From Pseudomonadota bacterium (GTDB lineage: Bacteria; Pseudomonadota; Gammaproteobacteria; Chromatiales; Chromatiaceae), in NCBI GenBank assembly GCA_039714955.1, contig JBDLIF010000001.1, forward strand, positions 1 through 36,483: 36,483 bases of DNA, read 5' to 3'. This document shows positions 1-7,875 of the stretch, piece by piece. Position numbers and translations under genes: made by a program. Positions within the stretch are counted from its first letter, which is position 1. Each line of letters starts with the position of its first letter. The notes under the pieces are model-generated. The model was not told where the DNA came from, searched no databases, and worked only from the letters and a program-made list of their open reading frames with translations.

Positions 1-2
1 AG

Positions 3-212
3 GCCATCCGCGAGATCCTGCGCGAGGGGGTCACCGATCAACTCATCCGCGACCTGCAACCCATCATCACATCCGCGGTTGAAACCGCTGTCACCCAGGT
101 AACGCAACAGGCCAGGCAGCTACTGCTCGACGAGTTGAACGGATCGCTGGAAAACCATATCCGCTCACTGATCGCATCAGCGGTGGAGAGAGAGTTCATG
201 ACCAAGGAGTGA
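3..212 (+). CDS. 3' end of an unidentified protein-coding gene; the 5' end lies outside the window
   Basis: Frame 3 is open from the window edge to TGA at 210-212 (...AIREILREGVTDQLIRDLQ...AVEREFMTKE*). A degraded copy of this 3' end recurs at 2504-2598. No recognisable family. Confidence 0.5.
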   Translation, partial: AIREILREGVTDQLIRDLQPIITSAVETAVTQVTQQARQLLLDELNGSLENHIRSLIASAVEREFMTKE

Positions 213-333
213 TCCGCATGACGCAGATCTTCCTGAATAGGCAGCTATTCAGCATTGTCATAAACCTGAAAGTAGTTTGTTATTGCTGCTTAATAAATAT
301 GCTGAATAGTTAGCAGCAATAAACGGCGGCATT

Positions 334-364
334 CCAGAAACACCCCGGGAAAGGGTGTTTCTGG
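334..364 (-). terminator. Conserved 12 bp stem hairpin just downstream of the propeller gene stop
   Basis: ccagaaacaccc (334-345) / gggtgtttctgg (353-364) with a 7 nt loop, ~20 nt after the stop at 386. Duplicated at 2599-2629. No clear U-tract, so intrinsic terminator function is uncertain. Confidence 0.4.
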
Positions 365-385
365 ACATTGAAGGGCAAAAAAGGC

Positions 386-1975
386 CTATCTGTCTCTACC
401 CACACCACTACCAACGATCCGGCAGATAGGATCTCTTCTACAACTTACCCGGTCACTGCAGTCGATACGTCCATCCCCATCGTTGTCCAGGCCGTCATCG
501 CAGATCTCTATATTGGTCGAGGTGCTTCTACCCCCGCCACCGCCACCGCCGCCGGTCCGGCAGGCAGGATCTTTCCGGCAGTCCAGCCGGTCACTGCAAT
601 CGACCAGTCCGTCACCATCGTTATCTATGTCATCATCGCAGATCTCGCTGCTTGGAGGTGGAGGCTCCACCTGCCCGTCGGCCAGCAGATAGACATCCTT
701 ATCACCATTGGTGTCCTCTGGTACCAGGACGTTGTAGCCGCTGACAACCATCGCCTCTCCCGCATGCGTCAGCGCCGAAAACTGCATATAACTATCAACC
801 AGTTTGGCTACGCCTGTTTCGTCGATCTCTACACTATAGATATCGTCGGTGCCACTGGTAAAGGATACGGTCGTACCGTCGTCGCTGATTGCGGGGCGGT
901 TGCCACCACTGTCCAGATAGCTGGACAGATTGACCGTCTCCCCGCTTCCAAGATAATGGACGAATACATCCCAGATGTAACCATTCTGATCTGAGTCCCC
1001 CAGATTGGTCGCGCCGCTGGCGAAGACGATGCGCCCACCCAAACCATCGATCACCGGATTGGAGGAGTTTCCATTGGCCTCGCCACCATCGCTGGCCACA
1101 CTGACCCTTTGCATAGCACCGGTTTCACGCTGCCACAGATAGATATCCGCGACGCCGTTGTTGTCCTCCACACCGAGATTGTCGGCCTCTGAGGTAAACG
1201 CCACGTACTGCCCATCGGCACTGATCGAAGGGGTCGAGCTCTTACCATTCGCCAGATCGCCGTTAGGCGCGATACTGATGATCTCGGTGGTTCCCTGACT
1301 CCGGTCGTATAAAAACACATCCAGGGTGTCGGGCAGATCGCCAGCGAACAGGTTATCCGCAAAAGAGGCGAACGCCACGTAACGCCCGTCCGCACTGATG
1401 GTTGGATGGCTGCTGAACCAATAGGATTCACAGCCATTACAGGTATCGGGCCAGCCACAGGAGCAGGTTGCGTTACCGGTCAGGCTCACCCGTTCCAGAC
1501 CACCATCGGAATAGACGAAGATATCCGTCGAGCCATTGGTGTCATCCGCTACCAGATAGCCATTGTTGGATCTGAAGGCGATGAACCTGCCGTCAGGGGT
1601 GATCGCTGCCTCCCCCTCCACGGACGAGCCACCATCACAGGTGATCATGCTGGTTGTGGCGGTGTCCCGATCGCGTAGAAAAATGTTCCAGCCGATGGTG
1701 TTGCAGGCCTCGCCATCATCGGTCAGGTTCTCCGCCAGAGAGGAGAAGGCGACAAAACGCCCATCCGCACTGACGGCCTCGTCACGGATCTCACTGGCGG
1801 AATAATATTCTGAGCTGGTGCCCGACTGACCATCGATCCCGATACTGATCAATTCCGCCGTATTCGCGGCGGAAGCAGTCCCCAGCGACAGGAGTGTGCC
1901 TGCCGCGGCGACCAGGGTAAAACGAAAAACAGCTAGCCAGCTTGGTGGATATTTATTATTTAATGATTTTTTCAT
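386..1975 (-). CDS. Secreted PD40/TolB-like beta-propeller repeat protein with two C-terminal Cys-bracketed DNDGDG modules (paralogue 1, 529 aa)
   Basis: Signal peptide (MKKSLNN...LSLGTASA/AN). Recurrent blades (VSADGRFVAFSS, ITPDGRFIAFRS, ISADGRYVAFAS, ISADGQYVAFTS, ISDDGTTVSFTS) with DIFVY/DVFLY/DIYLW strands. The C-terminus is EICDDDIDNDGDGLVDCSDRLDCRKDPACR-G8-...EICDDGLDNDGDGRIDCSDRVSCRRDPICR. A GAGGG Shine-Dalgarno lies 8 nt before the ATG. Confidence 0.85.
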   Translation of the reverse strand: MKKSLNNKYPPSWLAVFRFTLVAAAGTLLSLGTASAANTAELISIGIDGQSGTSSEYYSASEIRDEAVSADGRFVAFSSLAENLTDDGEACNTIGWNIFLRDRDTATTSMITCDGGSSVEGEAAITPDGRFIAFRSNNGYLVADDTNGSTDIFVYSDGGLERVSLTGNATCSCGWPDTCNGCESYWFSSHPTISADGRYVAFASFADNLFAGDLPDTLDVFLYDRSQGTTEIISIAPNGDLANGKSSTPSISADGQYVAFTSEADNLGVEDNNGVADIYLWQRETGAMQRVSVASDGGEANGNSSNPVIDGLGGRIVFASGATNLGDSDQNGYIWDVFVHYLGSGETVNLSSYLDSGGNRPAISDDGTTVSFTSGTDDIYSVEIDETGVAKLVDSYMQFSALTHAGEAMVVSGYNVLVPEDTNGDKDVYLLADGQVEPPPPSSEICDDDIDNDGDGLVDCSDRLDCRKDPACRTGGGGGGGGRSTSTNIEICDDGLDNDGDGRIDCSDRVSCRRDPICRIVGSGVGRDR

Positions 1976-2237
1976 GACAACGACCCTCGTATTTGAACGA
2001 TCTGGGATAACATCTGCTCTACGACTGCGGAGTAGTCAGTGGCTTTTGGGGCCTAGCACGAACCACACGGGGAGCACGGGTGTTCATTCCAGAACTCTGA
2101 GTGACCCTATCTGCTAACAGGACGCTTAAATCGATGGCCGCTATTTCTTATTGGCTCGTCCATCACGGCGATCAGAAAAGTATTGACAGGGACCTATCAC
2201 CCCTATGGAATATCAGAATATTCATCTATTAAAAACC

Positions 2238-2258
2238 GGTCAAGCGCTAAACTTGACC
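2238..2258. promoter_or_regulatory. Inverted repeat ggtcaag-N7-cttgacc in the propeller/cytochrome control region (copy A)
   Basis: Perfect 7 bp arms. The same arms with a different spacer occur at 4380-4400. The left arm doubles as a TTGACC -35 box on the minus strand. Confidence 0.35.
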
Positions 2259-2350
2259 TAACGCAATGGAGATAGAAAAAAAATCACGAATAGCTTAAAA
2301 AAAATCCCAAGCCATAGGACTTCTGCTGGTAAATCATAGGGTTATGACTG

Positions 2351-2458
2351 ATGCTGGTGAGGGCAATCCAGGTGAAGAGAAAAAATATTCTCCATGCTAG
2401 ATGTCAATATTACTGCAACCCGATTGAGTACTTGGAATTCGCTTGCATGGCATCAGAG
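2351..2458 (+). pseudogene. Truncated 5' remnant of the multihaem cytochrome gene, left at the duplication junction
   Basis: atgctggtgagggcaatccag...gcttgcatggcatcagag aligns with 4493-4599. Homology then breaks and no CXXCH-coding sequence follows. Confidence 0.6.
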
Positions 2459-2503
2459 GGGGGGAGATCCCAAGGTCTCGTTGACCTGCGGATCATGATC
2501 CTC

Positions 2504-2598
2504 AGGCCATCCTCGAGGTCCTGGGCGAGGTAGTCGCCAATCAACTGATCCGTCACAGAGATCTTCCTGAACAGTTGACGACAAGCGACGGCAGCGTT
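2504..2598 (+). pseudogene. Degraded remnant of the 3' end of the gene seen at 3-212
   Basis: aggccatcctcgaggtcctgggcgagg...atcaactgatccg aligns with 1-50. About 160 nt are then missing between two atccg repeats, and about 60 nt more between two ctgaaYag repeats. Confidence 0.55.
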
Positions 2599-2629
2599 CC
2601 AGAAACACCCCGGGAGAGGGTGTTTCTGG
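2599..2629 (-). terminator. Copy of the conserved 12 bp stem hairpin downstream of propeller paralogue 2
   Basis: ccagaaacaccc / gggtgtttctgg with loop cgggaga, ~20 nt after the stop at 2651. Confidence 0.4.
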
Positions 2630-2650
2630 AGAGTAAAGGTCAAAAAAGGC

Positions 2651-4117
2651 CTATTTTTTCTTGCCCCCACCAGTGGTCCGACAGGCAGAATCTTTCCGGC
2701 AGTCCAGCCGGTCACTGCAATCGACAAGTCCGTCACCATCGTTGTCTATGTTGTCATCACAGATCTCGATGCCTGGTGGTGGCGGTTCCACCTGCCCGTC
2801 GTCAACCAGCAGGTAGACATCCTTATCACTATTGGTGTCCTCCGGGAGCAGGCTGTTGTAGCCACTGACAGCCATCGCTTCGCCCGCATGGCTGAGGGCT
2901 GAATATTGCATGTTCGTCACCACCAGATTGGCTGCACCTGTCCCATCAATTTTCACCCGATAGATGTCATCGCTGCTGGTGAAGGAGACGGTAGTGCCAT
3001 CGTCACTGATAGCCGGGCGGGCACCACCACTCTCCATATTGGCGGATAACATGACGGTTTCTCCACTGGTGCGGTCATGCATGAAGACATCCGTGTAGTA
3101 ACCATTCACATCCGGCGTAGCCAGATTGGTCGCACCTGAGGTGAAGACAATACGCCCGGCCATGGCATCAATCACCGGGTCGGCGGAGAAGCCGTTGGCT
3201 TCACTGCCGTCACTGGACAGGCTCACCCGCTGGATGACACCAGTCTGACGCTCCCAGAGATAGATATCCTGTACACCGTTGCCATCATCCACGCCGAGAT
3301 CGTCAGCCTTCGAGGTAAACGCCACGTACTCACCATCAGCGCTGATCGAAGGTTCCCAGCTGTCGCCATTTGCCTTAGCTCCGCCAGGGGTGACACTGAT
3401 CATCTCGGTGGTACCCAGCTCGCGGTCATGTAAGAAAACATCCAGGGTGTCGGGCAGGTCACCATCGAAAAAATCCACCGCATAAGAGGCAAATGCCACA
3501 TAACGTCCATCCGCGCTGATCGTTGGATGACTGCAGTAGGTGAAGTATTCGCAATAACAGAAATCGGGCCAGCCGCAGGGACAACCCGAACCTTGTGATC
3601 CGTCACTCGCCAGGCTCACCCGTTCCAGTCCATTGGCAGAATAGACGAAGATATCCGCCGAGCCATTGGTGTCATTCTCGACCAGATTCCCATTGGTGGA
3701 CATGAAGGCGATGGCGGTACCATCAGGGGTAATTGCGGCCTCCCCCTGAACCGATGAGCCGCTGAATAGATTGGGGGTACAGGTGAGCATGTTGGTTGTG
3801 GCATTATCCCGATCACGTAGATAAACGTTCCAACTGCTGGTATTGCACTCGTCGCCCGGCTCGATCAGATTTTCCGCTGTAGAGGAAAACGCCACAAAAC
3901 GGCCATCGGCACTGACGGCCTCGGCACGAATCTCGTTGAATGTATAATAAGATGAGCTACTGCCCGCCTGACCATCGATCCCGATACTGATCAATTCCGC
4001 GGTATCCGCCGCGGAAATGGTCCCCAATGGCAAGAGTGCGCCAGCGGCGGCAACTACTGTAAAACGAAAAATAGCTAGCCAAGTCCGTCGATTGTTCTTG
4101 TCCGATGATTTTTTCAT
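2651..4117 (-). CDS. Secreted PD40/TolB-like beta-propeller repeat protein with one C-terminal Cys-bracketed DNDGDG module (paralogue 2, 488 aa)
   Basis: Collinear with 386-1975, roughly 70-75% aa identity by eye. It has the signal peptide and the same blade motifs, and ends EICDDNIDNDGDGLVDCSDRLDCRKDSACRTTGGGKKK*. Confidence 0.85.
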   Translation of the reverse strand: MKKSSDKNNRRTWLAIFRFTVVAAAGALLPLGTISAADTAELISIGIDGQAGSSSSYYTFNEIRAEAVSADGRFVAFSSTAENLIEPGDECNTSSWNVYLRDRDNATTNMLTCTPNLFSGSSVQGEAAITPDGTAIAFMSTNGNLVENDTNGSADIFVYSANGLERVSLASDGSQGSGCPCGWPDFCYCEYFTYCSHPTISADGRYVAFASYAVDFFDGDLPDTLDVFLHDRELGTTEMISVTPGGAKANGDSWEPSISADGEYVAFTSKADDLGVDDGNGVQDIYLWERQTGVIQRVSLSSDGSEANGFSADPVIDAMAGRIVFTSGATNLATPDVNGYYTDVFMHDRTSGETVMLSANMESGGARPAISDDGTTVSFTSSDDIYRVKIDGTGAANLVVTNMQYSALSHAGEAMAVSGYNSLLPEDTNSDKDVYLLVDDGQVEPPPPGIEICDDNIDNDGDGLVDCSDRLDCRKDSACRTTGGGKKK

Positions 4118-4324
4118 GAAAGCTTCCCTCGCAATTGAACGATCTGGGATGACATCTGCTCTAGGACTGCGGAGTAGTCAGTGGCTTTTAGGGTCGAGCA
4201 CGAACCACACGGGGAGCACAGGTGTTCATCCCAGAACTATGAGTGCCCCTATCTGTTAACAAGACGTTTAGATCGATGGATGCTGATTCTTATTGGCCCG
4301 TCCATCACGGCGATCATAAAAGTA

Positions 4325-4353
4325 TTGACAGGGACCTATCACCCCTATGGAAT
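4325..4353 (+). promoter_or_regulatory. Candidate sigma70 promoter facing the cytochrome gene
   Basis: TTGACA (4325-4330), 17 nt spacer, TGGAAT (4348-4353). Identical in copy A at 2183-2211. Confidence 0.3.
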
Positions 4354-4356
4354 ATC

Positions 4357-4385
4357 AGAATATTTATCTATTTAAATCCGGTCAA
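4357..4385 (-). promoter_or_regulatory. Candidate sigma70 promoter facing the propeller gene
   Basis: On the minus strand: TTGACC (rc of 4380-4385), 17 nt spacer, TATTCT (rc of 4357-4362). The same boxes and spacing occur in copy A at 2215-2243. Confidence 0.3.
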
Positions 4386-4400
4386 GCACCAAACTTGACC
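4380..4400. promoter_or_regulatory. Inverted repeat ggtcaag-N7-cttgacc (copy B)
   Basis: Arms are identical to 2238-2258. The spacer is caccaaa here versus cgctaaa there. Confidence 0.35.
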
Positions 4401-4492
4401 TGCCGCAATTGAGATAGAAAAAAATCTCACGAATAGCTTGAAATAATCCCGGGGCACAAGATTTCTGCTAATAAATCATAGGGATATACCTG

Positions 4493-6205
4493 ATGTTGGC
4501 GAGGGCAATCCAGAGAAAAGAAAAAATCTTCAGCATGCTAGATGTCAATATTGTTGCAACCCAATTGAGTGCTTGGAATTCGCTTGCATGGCATCAGAGA
4601 AAAGCAACGTCTTTTATTTGGCTAGTGTTGCTGTTCTGTCCGTTCGAACTGCTATCGACGGAGATCAAAACCAACGCCTGTCTCTCCTGTCATCCCTATC
4701 CGGCGAGCGACTTCTCTCCCCTACATGGCTTCGCTTATGCATCTTGTGCCATTTGTCATGCAGGTGAAGAACAGGCCACTGAGCTGCCTCAGGCCCATGC
4801 CGGTCTCATCGCCAGGCCGGGGGATCTCAACAAGGACCGTAGCATCTGCGCGAACTGTCATCCCCGCCAAACCGGGAATGTCCTGAACAGCCTGATGAAT
4901 ACGGGCAAGGGCCTGGTGAAAAAAACCAGACAGGCATTGGGCGAGCAGGCGCATCCCCAGATCCACGCCGGCCTGGAGTCGCTGGGCGACTCTCCCGCCG
5001 ACAGTATGCTGAGAAAGCTCTGCGCCAGCTGCCATCTGGCCCATGCCGCGGCGAAACCGGCGGCGGATGTCACCCTCGCCAGGGGCGGCGGCTGCTCCGC
5101 CTGCCATATCAACCAGCGGGCGCAAGGGCGTCATCCCCGCTTGAGCGCGAAGGTGGAGGACGGGCGCTGCTTCGGTTGCCACTCCCGCTCGGGCCGTATC
5201 TCACTGAACTATGTGGGCCTGGCGGAGGCGGAAGCCGATTCGAGGCAAGATCCGGCTGGTTTGATGCAACTCCCGGATGGCCGCACGGTGGCCAAGCTCA
5301 CTAACGATATCCATCACCAGGCGGGTATGAGCTGTATCGATTGCCACACCTCCACCGGCATCATGGGTGGCGCGGACAACAGCGGATTCAAGCAACAGGC
5401 GGTGGATATCAGCTGCAGCGATTGCCATTCCGCTGCAACAAAGCGGACTGACCGAAACAACTGGCCCGAAGCGTATGCGCAAATGCAACGCTACCTTGAT
5501 CAGTCGGCAGACAGAATGGTGCCGCTCACTCAGCGTCATGGGACCCCCCTGTGGCACATCGAAATCCAGCCCGATGGCAGCCGCTTGCTGCATCCCAAGC
5601 TGGGTGGTGCCGCCTTGCCGATCCCAGACTATAAAGGCGATGCCCCCCCCCATGCCGGGGAGCATGCGCGTCTGGCCTGCTCCGCCTGCCACAGCCAGTG
5701 GGCCCCCCAGTGCTATGGCTGCCACAGTGAATACGATCCAGCCGGCAGGCAGTGGGACCATCTGAAGCAGCGGGAGACGGCGGGGCGCTGGCGCGAGACC
5801 CGCTGGGATGTTCGCGCGGAACTGCCAGCCCTGGGGGTGGATGGGCATAATCTCATTCGCCCGGTCACGCCGGGGATGATCATGCGGATTGAACATCCGG
5901 ATCTTGACGGCCCATTGTTCAGACGTCTGTTTGCCATCAGTGAACCCCATACCACCGGCCCTGCCCGTTCATGCGACTCCTGTCATCGCTCTTCTCAGGC
6001 GCTGTCCCTTGGCAATGGGAGGTTACACAAAACCAATGGAAAGTGGACTTTTCAGCCGGCAAAGAAAAACCTGGCTGATGGACTGCCTGCCGACGCCTGG
6101 ACCTCGCTGGATGGAAAGCTGCAAGGCGCGGCCACCGATGGTGAGAGCCGTCCCTTCAATCAGGACGAGATGGTGCGGATTCTAAACGCCGATATCTCCA
6201 GATAA
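4493..6205 (+). CDS. Multihaem c-type cytochrome with 11 CXXCH motifs
   Basis: Motifs CLSCH, CAICH, CANCH, CASCH, CSACH, CFGCH, CIDCH, CSDCH, CSACH, CYGCH, CDSCH. A hydrophobic N-terminal segment (FIWLVLLFCPFELL) precedes the first haem site. The true start may be the internal ATG at 4535 or later. Confidence 0.85.
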   Translation: MLARAIQRKEKIFSMLDVNIVATQLSAWNSLAWHQRKATSFIWLVLLFCPFELLSTEIKTNACLSCHPYPASDFSPLHGFAYASCAICHAGEEQATELPQAHAGLIARPGDLNKDRSICANCHPRQTGNVLNSLMNTGKGLVKKTRQALGEQAHPQIHAGLESLGDSPADSMLRKLCASCHLAHAAAKPAADVTLARGGGCSACHINQRAQGRHPRLSAKVEDGRCFGCHSRSGRISLNYVGLAEAEADSRQDPAGLMQLPDGRTVAKLTNDIHHQAGMSCIDCHTSTGIMGGADNSGFKQQAVDISCSDCHSAATKRTDRNNWPEAYAQMQRYLDQSADRMVPLTQRHGTPLWHIEIQPDGSRLLHPKLGGAALPIPDYKGDAPPHAGEHARLACSACHSQWAPQCYGCHSEYDPAGRQWDHLKQRETAGRWRETRWDVRAELPALGVDGHNLIRPVTPGMIMRIEHPDLDGPLFRRLFAISEPHTTGPARSCDSCHRSSQALSLGNGRLHKTNGKWTFQPAKKNLADGLPADAWTSLDGKLQGAATDGESRPFNQDEMVRILNADISR

Positions 6206-6255
6206 CTTCCCTTGCGCCTGAACTGGTGGCAATGGCCAGCGGGATAATCTGTTGG

Positions 6256-6282
6256 CAAGTGGGCTCATTGCGAGCCCACTTG
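6256..6282. terminator. Bidirectional intrinsic terminator between convergent genes
   Basis: caagtgggctc (6256-6266) / gagcccacttg (6272-6282), 5 nt loop, followed by gttt. Confidence 0.7.
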
Positions 6283-6337
6283 GTTTGAGGTGAGGGCTTA
6301 TGGGATCTTACCCTCTTCCATCAATCATGATGACGGC

Positions 6338-6616
6338 TCAATCATCACCGGCAGCTTCTTTGTTGCCCCAGGCTCCACTGGCTTTATTGAATTCGCTGTT
6401 TTCATTCTCCTCACCATCTTCCTCATCATCAGGGATGGGGCTGAGGCTCTCCCCTCCCCCTTCACCGTAGCCTCTCGGATTTTCGTATGCACCTGCAGTG
6501 ACGCCTTCTGAGCCTTTATGACTCGAACCGCCGCCCTTGTGACCGCCTGCCGCGAATGATAAAGATGATGCCAACACAAACATGATAACCGACGCTACTA
6601 GAAGGAACTTTTTCAT
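6338..6616 (-). CDS. Small secreted Gly/His-rich, acidic-tailed protein (92 aa), unknown function
   Basis: Signal peptide MKKFLLVASVIMFVLASSLSFA/AG. GGAG Shine-Dalgarno ~8 nt upstream. Low-complexity mature part (GGHKGGGSSHKGSEG...DDEEDGEENENSE). Confidence 0.6.
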   Translation of the reverse strand: MKKFLLVASVIMFVLASSLSFAAGGHKGGGSSHKGSEGVTAGAYENPRGYGEGGGESLSPIPDDEEDGEENENSEFNKASGAWGNKEAAGDD

Positions 6617-6730
6617 GATCCTATCTCCATTGATATTATTTTTAAAGGGATGAAAAGATATACTCTTTCAATAAGTCTCTAGGGGTTAATCACCTCCTTA
6701 TTCAACGATAAGTGACAGCCATACACACTA

Positions 6731-6746
6731 TGCATGTGAGTTGCCA
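6731..6746 (-). promoter_or_regulatory. Candidate sigma54 (-24/-12) promoter upstream of the 92 aa gene
   Basis: The minus strand reads TGGCAACTCACATGCA, with GG and GC at the correct 10 nt spacing (9/12 consensus positions), ~115 nt upstream of the ATG. Confidence 0.35.
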
Positions 6747-7146
6747 TGTCATTTGAAAAACGCTGCGCTCATACGGCAGCGGATACAGAGCAGCCGTAAC
6801 TTACATAGTTTGTCAAAGATCTAAGGCGAAAGGGGTAGTGTTGTGATACCCCGCTTCGCGTCACGAGGTCGGAGACAGGCTACTGTAAAGTCACAAACTG
6901 CGGGGACTAGAGTCAACGAACTCAATAGCGACACCGGCATGAAAACCGGCGTCATGGCACTATCGGGTACTGCGTTGCCCAAAAAGACAGGAATTATTTT
7001 CGGACGCCAAAAGTCTAGTATGAAGTTATTGTACCGTCAATCAGATTTAATGATTTTTTGTGATTCAGATCAAAGAGTGTTAATTAGGTCCAACTCATAC
7101 CAAGGCAACAGATACCGGGTGAGCTATTCGTGGAATTGACCTGACT

Positions 7147-7809
7147 CTAGAACCAGGATTCAGGAATGATCAAGACATCTCCTGGTAACATTTTGGCATT
7201 GGCTCGAATATCACCATCTCTGATAAGATCATCCAGATAGACGCGAAACTGTTCTGTTTTTCCATCTGTTTTTCTTACGATACTGGCCTTGTTTCCCGCC
7301 GCAAATTCCGTGAGCCCACCGACAGCAATGACCACGTCAAGCAGTGTCATACCTTCTCGGAATGGTATGGCTTTAGGTTGAGTTGCTTGCCCAACAACAC
7401 GAACCTGATCATTATATTGCCCAAAAAAGCTGCTGATACTGACCGTCACTGTTGGATTTTTTATGTACTTGGACAACGCTCTTTCCAGACTTCTCGCCAG
7501 CTCCGTTGGCGTCTTACCGCTGGCCTGCAAATCCTCCACCAGAGGTGTTGATATGAGTCCATCCGGGCGTACCGCAACCTGTGTCGACAACTCCTTATCA
7601 CCCCAGACAAATACATTTAGTTGGTCTCCAGGTCCAATTAAATATTTTTGAATTTGGCCTTGTGAATCGATACCCTGGCCCTGCTCTGAATAGATGGTTT
7701 TTGCGCTAGAGCAACCTGTAACGATCAAAGCGGTTGATATCAGTACAATAAAACATGAGCTAAACTTCTTTAGAGCATTATGATTCAGCATTATATTCCC
7801 CTTGAGCAA
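7147..7809 (-). CDS. Polysaccharide export outer-membrane lipoprotein (Wza/Poly_export + SLBB type), of the kind found in PEP-CTERM/EPS loci
   Basis: Lipobox IVTGC. PGDQLNVFVWGDKELS...VRPDGLISTPLV...ASGKTPTELA motif block. C-terminal GDIRANAKMLPGDVLIIPE. Confidence 0.8.
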   Translation of the reverse strand: MLKGNIMLNHNALKKFSSCFIVLISTALIVTGCSSAKTIYSEQGQGIDSQGQIQKYLIGPGDQLNVFVWGDKELSTQVAVRPDGLISTPLVEDLQASGKTPTELARSLERALSKYIKNPTVTVSISSFFGQYNDQVRVVGQATQPKAIPFREGMTLLDVVIAVGGLTEFAAGNKASIVRKTDGKTEQFRVYLDDLIRDGDIRANAKMLPGDVLIIPESWF

Positions 7810-7875
7810 AAATATTTCTATTCCCTGACTTAATGGTTAATTTGGCAATCACTACAGTCAGCACTATCGATTAGA

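Larger units (their letters stand above)
1..2458. repeat. Tandem segmental duplication, copy A (3' end of upstream gene, hairpin, propeller gene, intergenic region, first ~110 nt of the cytochrome ORF)
   Basis: By-eye alignment to 2504-4599. Offsets are 2503 at the left end, 2265 at the hairpin and stop codon, and 2142 at the start codon and right end. Homology ends at ...gcttgcatggcatcagag (2458 versus 4599). Confidence 0.85.
2504..4599. repeat. Tandem segmental duplication, copy B
   Basis: See copy A. This copy is followed by the intact cytochrome gene. Confidence 0.85.

Noticed and set aside
368-994. 208 aa plus-strand ORF, and the other ORFs antisense to the propeller genes (483-692, 1406-1678, 1563-1805, 3279-3485 and others)
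   Set aside because: They lie entirely antisense to, or out of frame within, ORFs that have strong domain signatures. Their translations are low-complexity mirror products with no start context.
1976-2350. Sigma54 -24/-12 promoter in front of the propeller genes
   Set aside because: I scanned both copies on the minus strand. The only GG-N10-GC hit (TGGTTCGTGCTAGGCC) is lost in copy B, and other TGG sites have the wrong spacing.
2410-2868. ORFs 2410-2739 (minus) and 2575-2868 (plus) across the duplication junction
   Set aside because: They span decayed junction DNA, the hairpin and the 3' end of the real gene. They have no motifs and no ribosome-binding site.
386-4117. PEP-CTERM or another C-terminal sorting signal on the propeller proteins, considered because prsK/prsR are adjacent
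   Set aside because: The C-termini (…CRIVGSGVGRDR and …CRTTGGGKKK) lack a PEP motif, a hydrophobic helix and an Arg cluster.
4721-5950. Minus-strand ORFs of 153 to 249 aa inside the cytochrome gene
   Set aside because: They are antisense to an ORF with 11 CXXCH motifs, and their translations are Ala/Arg/Gly-rich GC-skew artefacts.
6843-7139. 98 aa plus-strand ORF in the gap downstream of the export gene
   Set aside because: It has a GTG start without a Shine-Dalgarno, an uninformative composition, and an orientation opposite to all neighbours. I also saw no gene relic or known RNA motif here, so I treat the region as non-coding of unknown role.
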